64,000 nucleotides of DNA from the NCBI GenBank assembly GCA_049287305.1, contig JBAQFO010000009.1, forward strand, positions 108,558-172,557, in the 5' to 3' direction. Of the stretch, positions 32,329-41,329 are shown in pieces (the first letter of the stretch is position 1; every line of letters starts with the position of its first letter). The DNA is from Minisyncoccia bacterium (GTDB lineage: Bacteria; Patescibacteriota; Minisyncoccia; Phycocordibacterales; UBA9973). Position numbers and translations under genes: made by a program. Below the pieces are notes generated by a model that saw only the letters and a list, made by a program, of their open reading frames with translations, did no database searches and was not told the DNA's origin.

Positions 32329-32901
32329 TTCCTCCAGCTTCTTCCTCTTTTCCTGGTCATATTTAGCTTCCAAAAGCTGGGGAACTATTTCTTGCTCTAC
32401 AAAGCGACTTTCCTTGTTGGTTGCCATCTGGATTAACTCATCTAAGGTTACCGACAATAGCTCTATTTTTTCTCCTCCATCCAGGTTCATCTCGGAAACC
32501 TTTTTTAAACCCTTAGCTATGAATACATATACGGGCCAATCGGTCTTCGGAATAGAGTTCTGGGCGTGCCATAGAATATATTCTTCTGCTTCGTATCCGC
32601 TCTCTTCAAGAAGTTCCCGCTTGGCGGCATCCAAGACATCTTCTCCGTCATCTACTCCTCCCCCCGTAGCCCCAATAAATGGGCGCTTCCCTGGCTGTTC
32701 TTGTTGGGTAAGAATTATTTTGCCGTCAGGGAGAACAGGGAAAACCGTTACGGTATCTCGGCGCCTTAATCCTTAAAAAATAGTCCTCGCCCCATCGTAA
32801 AGCTCTTGCTCCCAATGATACACATCAAATACAACTCCTCGAAAAACTCTTTTTGCGTCGGGAGGAATCGGCTGATTGGGTTCTGGGCGATTTATTTCCA
32901 T
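32311..32901 (-). pseudogene. NUDIX hydrolase interrupted by an in-frame TAA at codon 43
   Basis: Reverse-strand ATG at 32901 gives MEINRPEPNQPIPPDAKRVFRGVVFDVYHWEQELYDGARTIF-TAA-GLRRRDTVTVFPVLPDGKIILTQQEQPGKRPFIGATGGGVDDGEDVLDAAKRELLEESGY... (NUDIX box) in the same frame. The ORF finder reports only the downstream 107 aa. Confidence 0.6.
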
Positions 32902-32907
32902 ATTATT

Positions 32908-33276
32908 TTAATTTTTTTCTTTTAAAATATCCCTGATTTCGGTTAACAGTTTTTCTTGCTTATTTTCTTCTTCGGCTTTGGCTTCTTCTTCTTTCTTTTT
33001 AAACCTATTGATAAATTTCACTATCAAGAAAATGAAAAAGGCGATAATCAAGAAATCTACCGCGGACTTTATGAAGTTTCCTATAAGCACTGGACCTATC
33101 TTCCACTCGCTAAAACTTGCGACACTTAAGAATGGCGTCAGCGCTGGAAAAATTATGTCATTTACCAACGAAGAAACTATCTTCTGGAACGATGCTCCGA
33201 TAGCAAGACCCACGGCAAGGTCTATGACATTCCCCTTAACCGCAAATTCTTTAAATTCCTTCAAAAAGTTGGACAT
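32908..33276 (-). CDS. mscL: Large-conductance mechanosensitive channel MscL
   Basis: MSNFLKEFKEFAVKGNVIDLAVGLAIGASFQKIVSSLV is a near-canonical MscL N-terminus, with 2 TMs. Confidence 0.9.
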   Translation of the reverse strand: MSNFLKEFKEFAVKGNVIDLAVGLAIGASFQKIVSSLVNDIIFPALTPFLSVASFSEWKIGPVLIGNFIKSAVDFLIIAFFIFLIVKFINRFKKKEEEAKAEEENKQEKLLTEIRDILKEKN

Positions 33277-33294
33277 GTCTGTATTATAGCACTT

Positions 33295-33384
<90 letters not shown>

Positions 33385-33454
33385 AAGGCTTGGGAGAGTA
33401 TACCAGAAAAATGGAAAAATGGCTGAAATATGTTAGAGTTATTAAGTTATTTAC

Positions 33455-33545
33455 GGAGCCGTGTCAGAGTGGTCTAACGTACCTCTTTGCTAAAGAGGCA
33501 GGGGCTTTATACCCCCTCGCGAGTTCGAATCTCGCCGGCTCCGCA
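33455..33545 (+). tRNA. tRNA-Ser (anticodon GCU), type II
   Basis: Acceptor GGAGCCG/CGGCTCC, anticodon stem CCTCT/AGAGG with loop TTGCTAA, long variable arm, T-arm GCGAG-TTCGAAT-CTCGC, discriminator G. Confidence 0.85.
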
Positions 33546-33644
33546 AAATTCAAAATCGGAAGACGTTGATGCCTTTTTTAATGTTACTTTTTTCTTCTTC
33601 ATTTAATTTATTCGTAATATTGTTACTATATTAACAACGAAATT

Positions 33645-35375
33645 TTACCCAAAGGTAAAAGTAAATGCTTGTAATCCAGCCTTAGGTATCACAATCTTGA
33701 GAGTGTGTTTCCCATAATCTGTATCTTGTATAAGCGGATAGAGTGTCTCGTCTTTGATAATTACTTTTTTTACAAATACATTGTCTTTGTAAATTTCGAC
33801 TTCAACACCCTGTGATGACCCCGCTGTAATATACACATTTTTTGCTTCGTAATTAAACACAACACTTCCAGTAGTTTTATTTTCGGCATATTCGGAAGTT
33901 ATATCCCATGTACCACCAAGGTATAGCTTATTAGAAGATATAGTTGATGGAGGGGAGAAAACTTGCTCACCTGAAATACCATTTTTGCCATTTGCGAGTA
34001 AGCTATTTCGTGCTGATCCAAAATATATTTCAGGACTTTTTACTTTGCTAAATTCCACAACTGTCACACTTTCTGGTTTGGATGTATTTGAGGACACCTC
34101 CAAATTCACATTTAACCTATCCGCTCTTTCTTTTAATGCTTTTTGTATCTCACCCTCTGTTTCTTTGTATTGACCCTCTCCTGCGTGATCGTAGACAATA
34201 TATCCATCTATGTCTATAAGATACTTCCGAGGCCAGTATTGATTCTTATATGCCTGCCATGTAGAGAAATCATTATCGAGTACAACAGGATATTTTATAT
34301 CAAATTCTTTTACAGCTTTTTCTACATTCTTTTGAACTTTTTCAAAAGAAAATTCTGGAGTATGCAGCCCGATAATGACAAGCCCCTCATCTTCATATTC
34401 TTTATACCACTCGTTTAGATACGGAATAGTGCGTTGACAATTGATACAGCTATACGTCCAAATATCTAATAGCACAACTTTTTTATCCTTGAATTCACTT
34501 ATAGTTATTGGTAGATTATTTGTATTTACTAAACCGTCGGGAGTGCTAATGTCTGGCGCTAAAGTAAATTTTTTGCTTTTCTGTTCAAGTGTTAAGTAAG
34601 TATTTTCACTTGTGCCTGAGGAGTTATTTATGCTTGTATCATTTTTATCTTTTTTTTCTAACAATATTTGCTCAATTTTGGTAACGTCTAAAAATCCCGC
34701 ATCAAGAAGACTGATTTGGAGTTTCTTGTCATACCCAGAAATAATAGCAACTGCTACTAAAATAAAAATGCCACCGAAAATCTTTTTAAACCAGCCTCTC
34801 GGATCTGAAACTTTTCCAACTCTTGCCATAATGCGTTCACCTAAAACAGCAACCACAATAAGTGCAAGTGATAAACCTAAAACATAAGTAAAAAGATAAA
34901 TAACTCCCAAGAAAAACGATACGGGTAGGACTGTGGCTAGAATGACAAAGTATGTCGGGCTACAGGCAGAAAATATAGGTCCAAGCGATGCGCCAATTAT
35001 GGCATCCCCCAAAATACTATTCTTTTGGTATCCTTGTGACAAAACCCTGTTTGACTTTAGAGATAGCATATTTGCAAAAGAAAATCTTTCCCAGATGCTT
35101 GGGAAAATCATAGTGACGCCAAAGAAGAATATAATCCCGCCGGAAATCCATTTCCAGAAATCTTGTGGAATATCAATCAATAAAGAACTTGCTTTAAGGA
35201 TAAGAGTAAAGAGTATGACAGAAATCCCAAGCGCCGTCACAACCACAAATAACCTTCTCCTGTTCGGGCTAGTATCTGTAATTGAATGCCCAACAATAAC
35301 AGGAAGCAACGGTAGAATACACGGTGCAAGCACCGTCAGTACCCCAGCGATAAATGAAATCAGGAGAAGCAACAT
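33645..35375 (-). CDS. DsbD/CcdA-family thiol:disulfide interchange membrane protein fused to a C-terminal thioredoxin-like (TlpA/redoxin) domain
   Basis: Multi-TM N-terminal half with paired Cys (LAPCILP...ACSP) and a C-terminal thioredoxin fold with WTYSCINCQRTIP (CxxC). Confidence 0.7.
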   Translation of the reverse strand: MLLLLISFIAGVLTVLAPCILPLLPVIVGHSITDTSPNRRRLFVVVTALGISVILFTLILKASSLLIDIPQDFWKWISGGIIFFFGVTMIFPSIWERFSFANMLSLKSNRVLSQGYQKNSILGDAIIGASLGPIFSACSPTYFVILATVLPVSFFLGVIYLFTYVLGLSLALIVVAVLGERIMARVGKVSDPRGWFKKIFGGIFILVAVAIISGYDKKLQISLLDAGFLDVTKIEQILLEKKDKNDTSINNSSGTSENTYLTLEQKSKKFTLAPDISTPDGLVNTNNLPITISEFKDKKVVLLDIWTYSCINCQRTIPYLNEWYKEYEDEGLVIIGLHTPEFSFEKVQKNVEKAVKEFDIKYPVVLDNDFSTWQAYKNQYWPRKYLIDIDGYIVYDHAGEGQYKETEGEIQKALKERADRLNVNLEVSSNTSKPESVTVVEFSKVKSPEIYFGSARNSLLANGKNGISGEQVFSPPSTISSNKLYLGGTWDITSEYAENKTTGSVVFNYEAKNVYITAGSSQGVEVEIYKDNVFVKKVIIKDETLYPLIQDTDYGKHTLKIVIPKAGLQAFTFTFG

Positions 35376-35376
35376 A

Positions 35377-36240
35377 TTATTTTACTTCAGATACAAGAGC
35401 AGAAAGAGTTGGACTACCACTCCATTTCTTAATCATATTTCCATCCTTGTCAACTTGCACAAATGTATGCTGATAAGTAACACCGTACTTTTGCTTGAGC
35501 GCAGTAGCGGTATCATAATTAATATCAAGAATAGTGAGGTTCGAAGGAATTTGGGAGAGATTAGCTTTAATATCAGAGTCTACTGCTCGACATGTCGGGC
35601 ACCAACTTGCTCGGAAAAATAAAACTACATCATTAGTAGTAGAAGCTAACATAACTTTCTCTGATGCATAAGATTCATACGAACCGGCTTTCATCATTGT
35701 GTCGCTCTTTTCCATCATGCTTGTCGCCTCTTTTCCTATCATTGCTCCAAAAAAATCTTTGGGCAGATTCCCGCCAGAAACGAAAGTTTTTACTTCGTCT
35801 TTTGATTTATGCACCATCACAGTTAGGGGCAACTTTTCACCCAATGTTTCCAGCGAGACATCAAGAATCGTCTCTGCCTTGCCGTTCACAACTGCACTTA
35901 AAGGATATACGATCGCACCCGGCGCTGAATATTCGCCTACATGAATATGGGATGGCTGAGGAACACCAGTAACACTTCCGGAAACTTCAACCATAACCTT
36001 TGTCTTTCCACTCATCTCGGAGAAAGTGGCCTTACCTGCCTGCCCTGAAGCATTTAACGCACTCAATGTCACCACTATATCTTTTTTCATCATGGACTGG
36101 TCATCTTCCACCACCACCTGTTGTTCCATTTTTTCCTTCTCCATAATTACATCATTTTTGTTACTCATCGATGAATAGATTCCACTTATCACAACTACCA
36201 ACGCTATAATACCAATAACAATTCCAGTGCTTTTACTCAT
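35377..36240 (-). CDS. Membrane-anchored thioredoxin-domain protein with a possible CHRD-like domain upstream of it
   Basis: N-terminal TM, a middle segment PSHIHVGEYSAPGAIVYPL (possibly CHRD-like, weak), and a C-terminal thioredoxin motif FFRASWCPTCRAV. Confidence 0.55.
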   Translation of the reverse strand: MSKSTGIVIGIIALVVVISGIYSSMSNKNDVIMEKEKMEQQVVVEDDQSMMKKDIVVTLSALNASGQAGKATFSEMSGKTKVMVEVSGSVTGVPQPSHIHVGEYSAPGAIVYPLSAVVNGKAETILDVSLETLGEKLPLTVMVHKSKDEVKTFVSGGNLPKDFFGAMIGKEATSMMEKSDTMMKAGSYESYASEKVMLASTTNDVVLFFRASWCPTCRAVDSDIKANLSQIPSNLTILDINYDTATALKQKYGVTYQHTFVQVDKDGNMIKKWSGSPTLSALVSEVK

Positions 36241-36290
36241 AAAATAATAAGTTAATTAATAATGATAATAAACAAAGTCTACACAATAAC

Positions 36291-36324
36291 AAAACGAATG
36301 TAAAGTCTGCTTTACATTCGTTTT
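36291..36324. terminator. Perfect 13-bp-stem palindrome (bidirectional terminator-like) carrying the ATGTAAAG-N4-CTTTACAT motif
   Basis: aacgaatgtaaag-tctg-ctttacattcgtt flanked by an A-run and a T-run. It shares both 8-mer half-sites with the XRE operator at 36931-36954. Confidence 0.5.
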
Positions 36325-36339
36325 GTGGATAACTATATT

Positions 36340-36726
36340 TTAGAGGTTTTTATCGCTCCAAATTCTGGTAGTAATTTTAACAATTATAATAACTATTAAG
36401 GCAATAACTAACCAAGGATCTACAGAATGGGAATAACCTTGAGTAACAATACCCAACATGAGTATTGTTGATCCAGCCAGAAATGCATTTCGTCCAGCGA
36501 GCGAGCGATGAAGACTATCTCGTTCATCAAATATTTTTTCTCTCAAAATAAAATTCGCGAATATACCAAAAAGTACAAGTGCGAAGGCAAGCATAATCAT
36601 AACTATCATGTCTGGCATCCAAAAGTGAAAAGGGTTTAAAAGAAGTATAGCTATCACAATAAGGAAAATAGTTACTATTATTTCCGTTATATTATTTTTC
36701 ATAAGATATTTTAAATATTTTTTCAA
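36340..36726 (-). CDS. Hypothetical small multi-TM membrane protein, overlapping and co-oriented with the XRE regulator gene
   Basis: Three predicted hydrophobic helices. Its start overlaps the XRE gene by about 35 nt, so the pair probably forms a two-gene module. Confidence 0.5.
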   Translation of the reverse strand: MKKYLKYLMKNNITEIIVTIFLIVIAILLLNPFHFWMPDMIVMIMLAFALVLFGIFANFILREKIFDERDSLHRSLAGRNAFLAGSTILMLGIVTQGYSHSVDPWLVIALIVIIIVKITTRIWSDKNL

Positions 36727-36910
36727 CCGGCGTTTTAAAAAAGCTGGCGATTTTTATTGCTAATAAAACTGAAGGGGTATAATGCCCCTTCTCTAAGGCA
36801 ACAATGGTTTGACGACTGACATCAACATTAGAAGCCAGGTTTTCCTGGGTTACTCCTGTACGTAAACGTAATGCCTCAACTTCATTTTTAATATATTCTC
36901 GCATTAACAT
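36692..36910 (-). CDS. XRE-family (Cro/C1-type) helix-turn-helix transcriptional regulator
   Basis: LRTGVTQENLASNVDVSRQTIVALEKGHYTPSVLLAIKIASFF is the canonical HTH_XRE; the protein is 72 aa. Confidence 0.8.
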   Translation of the reverse strand: MLMREYIKNEVEALRLRTGVTQENLASNVDVSRQTIVALEKGHYTPSVLLAIKIASFFKTPVEKIFKISYEK

Positions 36911-36930
36911 TATTATACATACTAAACGTG

Positions 36931-36954
36931 TTATGTAAAGTTATCTTTACATAA
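36931..36954. promoter_or_regulatory. Palindromic operator (TTATGTAAAG-ttat-CTTTACATAA) upstream of the XRE gene
   Basis: 10-bp perfect inverted repeat with a 4-nt spacer, 20-45 nt upstream of the XRE start and next to a TATAAT element (reverse strand 36912-36917). Confidence 0.5.
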
Positions 36955-37080
36955 GTAAGCCCTGAAGTATTTGAACTAAATGACTAGGTCATATTTTATC
37001 AGGTGACTCGGACGGTTCGTATATTGGAACCTCCATCCCAAAAAGCGTGCGGTAGATTGCATGTTTTTTTATTATTGTTG

Positions 37081-37470
37081 TTATTTTTTTCTTTTTATTG
37101 CCTTGGTTCCGGTTGTAGCTTTCTTTACTTTCTTGACTGCCTTAACTGTTTTGCCTGAAATTTCTTTCCATTCCCCTTTCAATTTTTTAGCTATAGCCTT
37201 GATATCTTCCCCGTGAAGCTCGTACTGCTTGGCATAATTTTCTGAAATCATATCAACCGCTTTGTTGTAAACCGGCATACTTACCTCTTTGGCTTTTTTT
37301 ACTTCTTTTTGCACTTCGTTTTTTATTTTAGACACCAGTGCCTTCGCTTTCTTTTGATGCGCTTTTCTGTTGGGCCCGAGCAAATAATACGCTCCCGCGC
37401 CAATCACAGCTGCGCCTGCCGTTGCGACCGCCATCCCCTTCCTGGACACTTTTTTGTTATCTTTTTTCAT
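37081..37470 (-). CDS. YtxH-like (DUF948-type) Lys-rich small protein
   Basis: N-terminal GMAVATAGAAVIGAGAYYLLGPNRK Gly-zipper helix followed by a K/E-rich coiled coil. Confidence 0.45.
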   Translation of the reverse strand: MKKDNKKVSRKGMAVATAGAAVIGAGAYYLLGPNRKAHQKKAKALVSKIKNEVQKEVKKAKEVSMPVYNKAVDMISENYAKQYELHGEDIKAIAKKLKGEWKEISGKTVKAVKKVKKATTGTKAIKRKK

Positions 37471-37500
37471 AATATATATTTATTAAAACTTAAAATGTTT

Positions 37501-37761
37501 TTAATTTCTACGACGAGCCTTCTTTTTCCTAAACAAGAAATTCCATGCGACACTGTCCTTCATTTCTTCAAACATTTCTTTGGTAATGTCTCCAACTCTG
37601 TTCACGTCTTTTTCTATGTTATCTATTATCCGAGAAAATGTTTTGGTGACGCGGATAAGGTAATACAACAATATCCCCACCAATATCCATAGCACCACGA
37701 AGCTAATAGATGATATTAAAAAGAAAATCTCCGATTGTGAAAGTGTTCCCATAAAATCCAT
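37501..37761 (-). CDS. Small membrane-anchored protein with TM plus coiled coil and basic C-terminal tail. Start set to the internal ATG MDFMG
   Basis: FFLISSISFVVLWILVGILLYYLI TM helix. The longer listed ORF start (37848) would overlap the recG 5' region. Confidence 0.4.
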   Translation of the reverse strand: MDFMGTLSQSEIFFLISSISFVVLWILVGILLYYLIRVTKTFSRIIDNIEKDVNRVGDITKEMFEEMKDSVAWNFLFRKKKARRRN

Positions 37762-37780
37762 TATACCATATACTAGGCAT

Positions 37781-39943
37781 ATGAATATAGACGCTCGCCT
37801 GGACGCAACATTACGCCTGGACGCAAACCAGAAGAAGGCTTTGGCCAAGCTCCGGATAGTAACCGTGGAAGATTTACTTTTTCATTTTCCTGTCAGATAC
37901 AGCGACATGAGTATCGTAAAGAACATTGCCGAGCTTGTTCCCGGAGACGTAGCCACGGTATATGGAAAAGTTTCCAAGCTTAAAACTAAGAAAGCTTTCC
38001 GTTCAAAAATTCCCATGGGCGAAGGCGAAATAGAAGACCTATCAGGAAAAATAAAAATCACCTGGTTCAATCAGGCCTATCTTGCCAAAATGATAAAAAA
38101 CGGAGAAAACGTGAAGTTGACCGGCAAAATAACGGCAGGTAAAAACGGCATCTATCTTGCTAATCCTGAGTTTGAAAAATCTCCCGATATGCCAATAGAC
38201 GCTCATGATACCCTTTTCAAAAAAGAAGGTTTACCGAATAGCGGTTTCTCTTATCCGGTCTACGCCGAAACCCGCGGTATTACTTCAAAATGGTTTTATC
38301 ACGCAATTGAGAAAATACTGAAAGATAAAATCCTGGACAGTGTGGTAGATTACATTCCCGAAGAAATTCTTAAGAAATATCACCTCCCTACTCTGAAAAC
38401 CGCCCTTATCTGGATACACAAACCGAAAAATAAAAACGACGCGGAGAGTGCCCGCAAAAGATTCGCTTTTGAAGAAGTGTTTTGTATCCAGCTTGAGCGC
38501 CAGCACGATAAATTTGAATACAAAAAAAATAAATCTTTTCAAATAAAGCCGAAAGAGGAGGACGTGGAAGAATTTTTAAAAAGATTCCCTTTTAACCCCA
38601 CCAAGGCTCAAGAAAAATCTATCTCCACCATTTTGAAGGATATGGGAGAAAATTATCCCATGTCCCGGCTTCTTGAAGGAGATGTGGGGTCGGGCAAGAC
38701 AGCGGTCGCCGCCACAGCAAGCTATGTAGCCGTAAAGCAAAGACCTGTCGGCCAGGATTTTGGCAATCTACAAGTAGCCTATATGGCGCCCACGGAAATC
38801 CTAGCCACTCAGCATTTTGAGTCCTTTATCCAGTATTTCAAACATCTGCCAATTAACATCGGCCTCATTACAGGAAGCGGGTGCAGGAAGTTCCCATCAA
38901 AAATAAATCCGAACGGATGGACAGACATTTCCCGAGCTCAACTCTTAAAGTGGACAGCCGAGGGTGTTGTCCCGATTCTTATTGGCACGCATGCTTTAAT
39001 CCAAAAAACAGTCAAGTTTAAAAACCTGGCTTTGGTAGTAATTGACGAACAGCACCGCTTCGGCACGGCCCAGCGACGAAAGCTTGTGCGAAAAGACGGG
39101 CTTGCTCCGCATCTTCTGTCTATGACTGCTACCCCCATACCGAGAACTTTGGCACTTACCATATATGGAGACTTGGACCTTTCTCTCTTGGATGAAATGC
39201 CAGCCGGAAGAAAACAAATCATTACGGAAATTATTACCCCCGACAAAAGAGAGCCTACCTACGAGCAAATAAGAAAAGAGCTGGCGGTAGGCAGACAGTT
39301 ATATGTTATCTGCCCCAGGATAAACGAACCCGACCCCGAAAAAGAACTCGCCCTCAACGTCAAATCGGTAATGGCGGAAGCAAAACGCTTGAAAAAAGAA
39401 GTATTTCAAGAATACGAAATCGGAGTTCTTCATTCCAAGATGAGCAAAGATAAAAAAGAAGGCGTCATGGAAGAGTTTACTTCGGGAAAAATAAATATCT
39501 TGTGCGCCACTTCCGTGATAGAAGTAGGGGTAAACGTTCCAAATGCGACCATAATCATAATTGAGGGCGCTGAGCGTTTCGGACTGGCCCAGCTTCACCA
39601 GCTCCGCGGGCGGGTCATTCGTAGCTCGCATCAAGCCTACTGCTACGTATTCGCCGACGCAAAGACTGAAAAAACAATGAGCCGCCTGAAGGCTTTGAAA
39701 ACCGCCAAGAACGGTTTTGAGCTTGCAGAGCTTGACCTTACCCTGCGTGGCGCGGGCGAGCTCGGAGGCACTAAACAATGGGGCATCACCGACCTTGGGA
39801 TGGAAGCAATAAAAAATATAAAGATGGTAGAAGCGGCCCGGACTGAAGCTGAAGCAATGATAGGAAAAGATCCCGAACTTTCAAGATATCCCCTACTGAA
39901 GAAAAAAGTCAGCTCCCGGGCAGACGAATTTCATTTTGAATAA
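37781..39943 (+). CDS. recG: ATP-dependent DNA helicase RecG
   Basis: N-terminal wedge/OB region, Walker A DVGSGKTAVA, DEQH box (LVVIDEQHRFG), and helicase motifs IV-VI (QLHQLRGRVIRS). Confidence 0.9.
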   Translation: MNIDARLDATLRLDANQKKALAKLRIVTVEDLLFHFPVRYSDMSIVKNIAELVPGDVATVYGKVSKLKTKKAFRSKIPMGEGEIEDLSGKIKITWFNQAYLAKMIKNGENVKLTGKITAGKNGIYLANPEFEKSPDMPIDAHDTLFKKEGLPNSGFSYPVYAETRGITSKWFYHAIEKILKDKILDSVVDYIPEEILKKYHLPTLKTALIWIHKPKNKNDAESARKRFAFEEVFCIQLERQHDKFEYKKNKSFQIKPKEEDVEEFLKRFPFNPTKAQEKSISTILKDMGENYPMSRLLEGDVGSGKTAVAATASYVAVKQRPVGQDFGNLQVAYMAPTEILATQHFESFIQYFKHLPINIGLITGSGCRKFPSKINPNGWTDISRAQLLKWTAEGVVPILIGTHALIQKTVKFKNLALVVIDEQHRFGTAQRRKLVRKDGLAPHLLSMTATPIPRTLALTIYGDLDLSLLDEMPAGRKQIITEIITPDKREPTYEQIRKELAVGRQLYVICPRINEPDPEKELALNVKSVMAEAKRLKKEVFQEYEIGVLHSKMSKDKKEGVMEEFTSGKINILCATSVIEVGVNVPNATIIIIEGAERFGLAQLHQLRGRVIRSSHQAYCYVFADAKTEKTMSRLKALKTAKNGFELAELDLTLRGAGELGGTKQWGITDLGMEAIKNIKMVEAARTEAEAMIGKDPELSRYPLLKKKVSSRADEFHFE

Positions 39944-40638
39944 TTAAAATCTATCTTTATTCCTAGTTTTTTATAGTAATTCAAATGATGACTTATCACG
40001 ACCAAAACTTCATCGTGGGCTTTCTTGTGGCCACTTTCCTTTAATACGTTAAGCAGCCGGCAGGCGGTCCGAACAGAGGTTCTTTCAACAATTTTTTTAA
40101 CTGACTCTTTGTTTTCACTTAACCCTTCTGCAAATACTAACGCAAAATGATTTCCCTGAATCGTATCGATTAACTTAGACACTAAAGCTTCTAATTTGGT
40201 TATTTTTTCTATAGGCTTTTCAAAATCCTGGAAATAACCTCGGAGTTTGCGGGAAGTTTTAAAAGGAAGAAATTTTGTTATTCTTTCTATTTCTTTTTGC
40301 TCCAAAAGATGCTTGTTTATGCCATCTCCATTTATTTGCCTAAATTGAGAAATATCTCCAATAAAAGTTTCTCCCATGTCATGACTCCACACCCGCTCGT
40401 AAATCTCTCTGGTATCCACTAACGCTCTGAGTGCCGGGCAGACATCCTGGAGAGTTAGCCAGAATCCTATACATGCCCACTGGTGAGCCAAGATGGATTC
40501 ATTCTTTCCTGCTATAATATTTTTTTGCATCCATGGAACCCCTCCCCAGCGATAAGACCAGTTACCTTCATAATTGTCCGCCATAAATTTATAAATGGTG
40601 TTGAGAGATTTATTGAGTTGAGAATTTACTTTTTTCAT
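39931..40638 (-). CDS. HD-domain phosphohydrolase (YfbR-like 5'-deoxynucleotidase family)
   Basis: H...HD....E..GD pattern: ILAHQWACIGFWL...VWSHDMGETFIGDIS. Confidence 0.55.
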   Translation of the reverse strand: MKKVNSQLNKSLNTIYKFMADNYEGNWSYRWGGVPWMQKNIIAGKNESILAHQWACIGFWLTLQDVCPALRALVDTREIYERVWSHDMGETFIGDISQFRQINGDGINKHLLEQKEIERITKFLPFKTSRKLRGYFQDFEKPIEKITKLEALVSKLIDTIQGNHFALVFAEGLSENKESVKKIVERTSVRTACRLLNVLKESGHKKAHDEVLVVISHHLNYYKKLGIKIDFNYSK

Positions 40639-41195
40639 TATTTATAGTCAGGCTTGGGTTCTTCTTTCCCCTCAAGGTGGCTTGCTATCCTTGCCAGTGC
40701 GTATAGCAAGCTTGAAAGCCTGTTGAGATACGCCAGAGTATCAGCGCTCACGGATATCTTTCCTTCTTCTTTGGCGGCAATAACCCTTCTCTCCGCTCGG
40801 CGAGCCAAGGTCCTGGTTATATCAAGCACGGCGCCATCTTTGGTTGCGCCGCTTATGAAGAAATTTTTTATCGGCGGAAGGATTTTTTCTATTCCGTCCA
40901 CTATATTTTCTACTCTGGTTATTTTTTCTTTATCAATAGAAAGGTTAGCCCCAGCCACTTCGGCTTGCACAATAAATAAATTTTGTTGCACTTCTAGAAT
41001 AAGTTCCCCAAATTCAAGTTTCCCTTCTCCTGTTTCAAAATATTTTCCGGTAGTTCTGGCTCTCGCCAGTCCCAAAAAAGAGTTGGCTTCATCAAGCGAG
41101 CCAAGCGCTTCCGCCACAATAGAACTTTTAGAAATGCGCTGGTCGCACCCAAAAGTCTTTGTAGTTCCACTATCTCCTTTTCTAGTGTAGAGCAT
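40638..41195 (-). CDS. pduO: ATP:cob(I)alamin adenosyltransferase, PduO type
   Basis: MLYTRKGDSGTT...(PduO/MMAB N-terminus TKTGDKGETSL-like) and a helical bundle with a conserved RRAER region. Confidence 0.8.
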   Translation of the reverse strand: MLYTRKGDSGTTKTFGCDQRISKSSIVAEALGSLDEANSFLGLARARTTGKYFETGEGKLEFGELILEVQQNLFIVQAEVAGANLSIDKEKITRVENIVDGIEKILPPIKNFFISGATKDGAVLDITRTLARRAERRVIAAKEEGKISVSADTLAYLNRLSSLLYALARIASHLEGKEEPKPDYK

Positions 41196-41329
41196 ATTAA
41201 TATTTTAGCATAAACTCTTCGCGGACGTATTTTTTAGAATGCCTTGCGCAGGCTGACGAGCCGAGCAGTTCGCTGGGATAGCAATCCCAGACAGGTTGCA
41301 TTATAAAAAATATGCCAAGAAGAGTTGGG

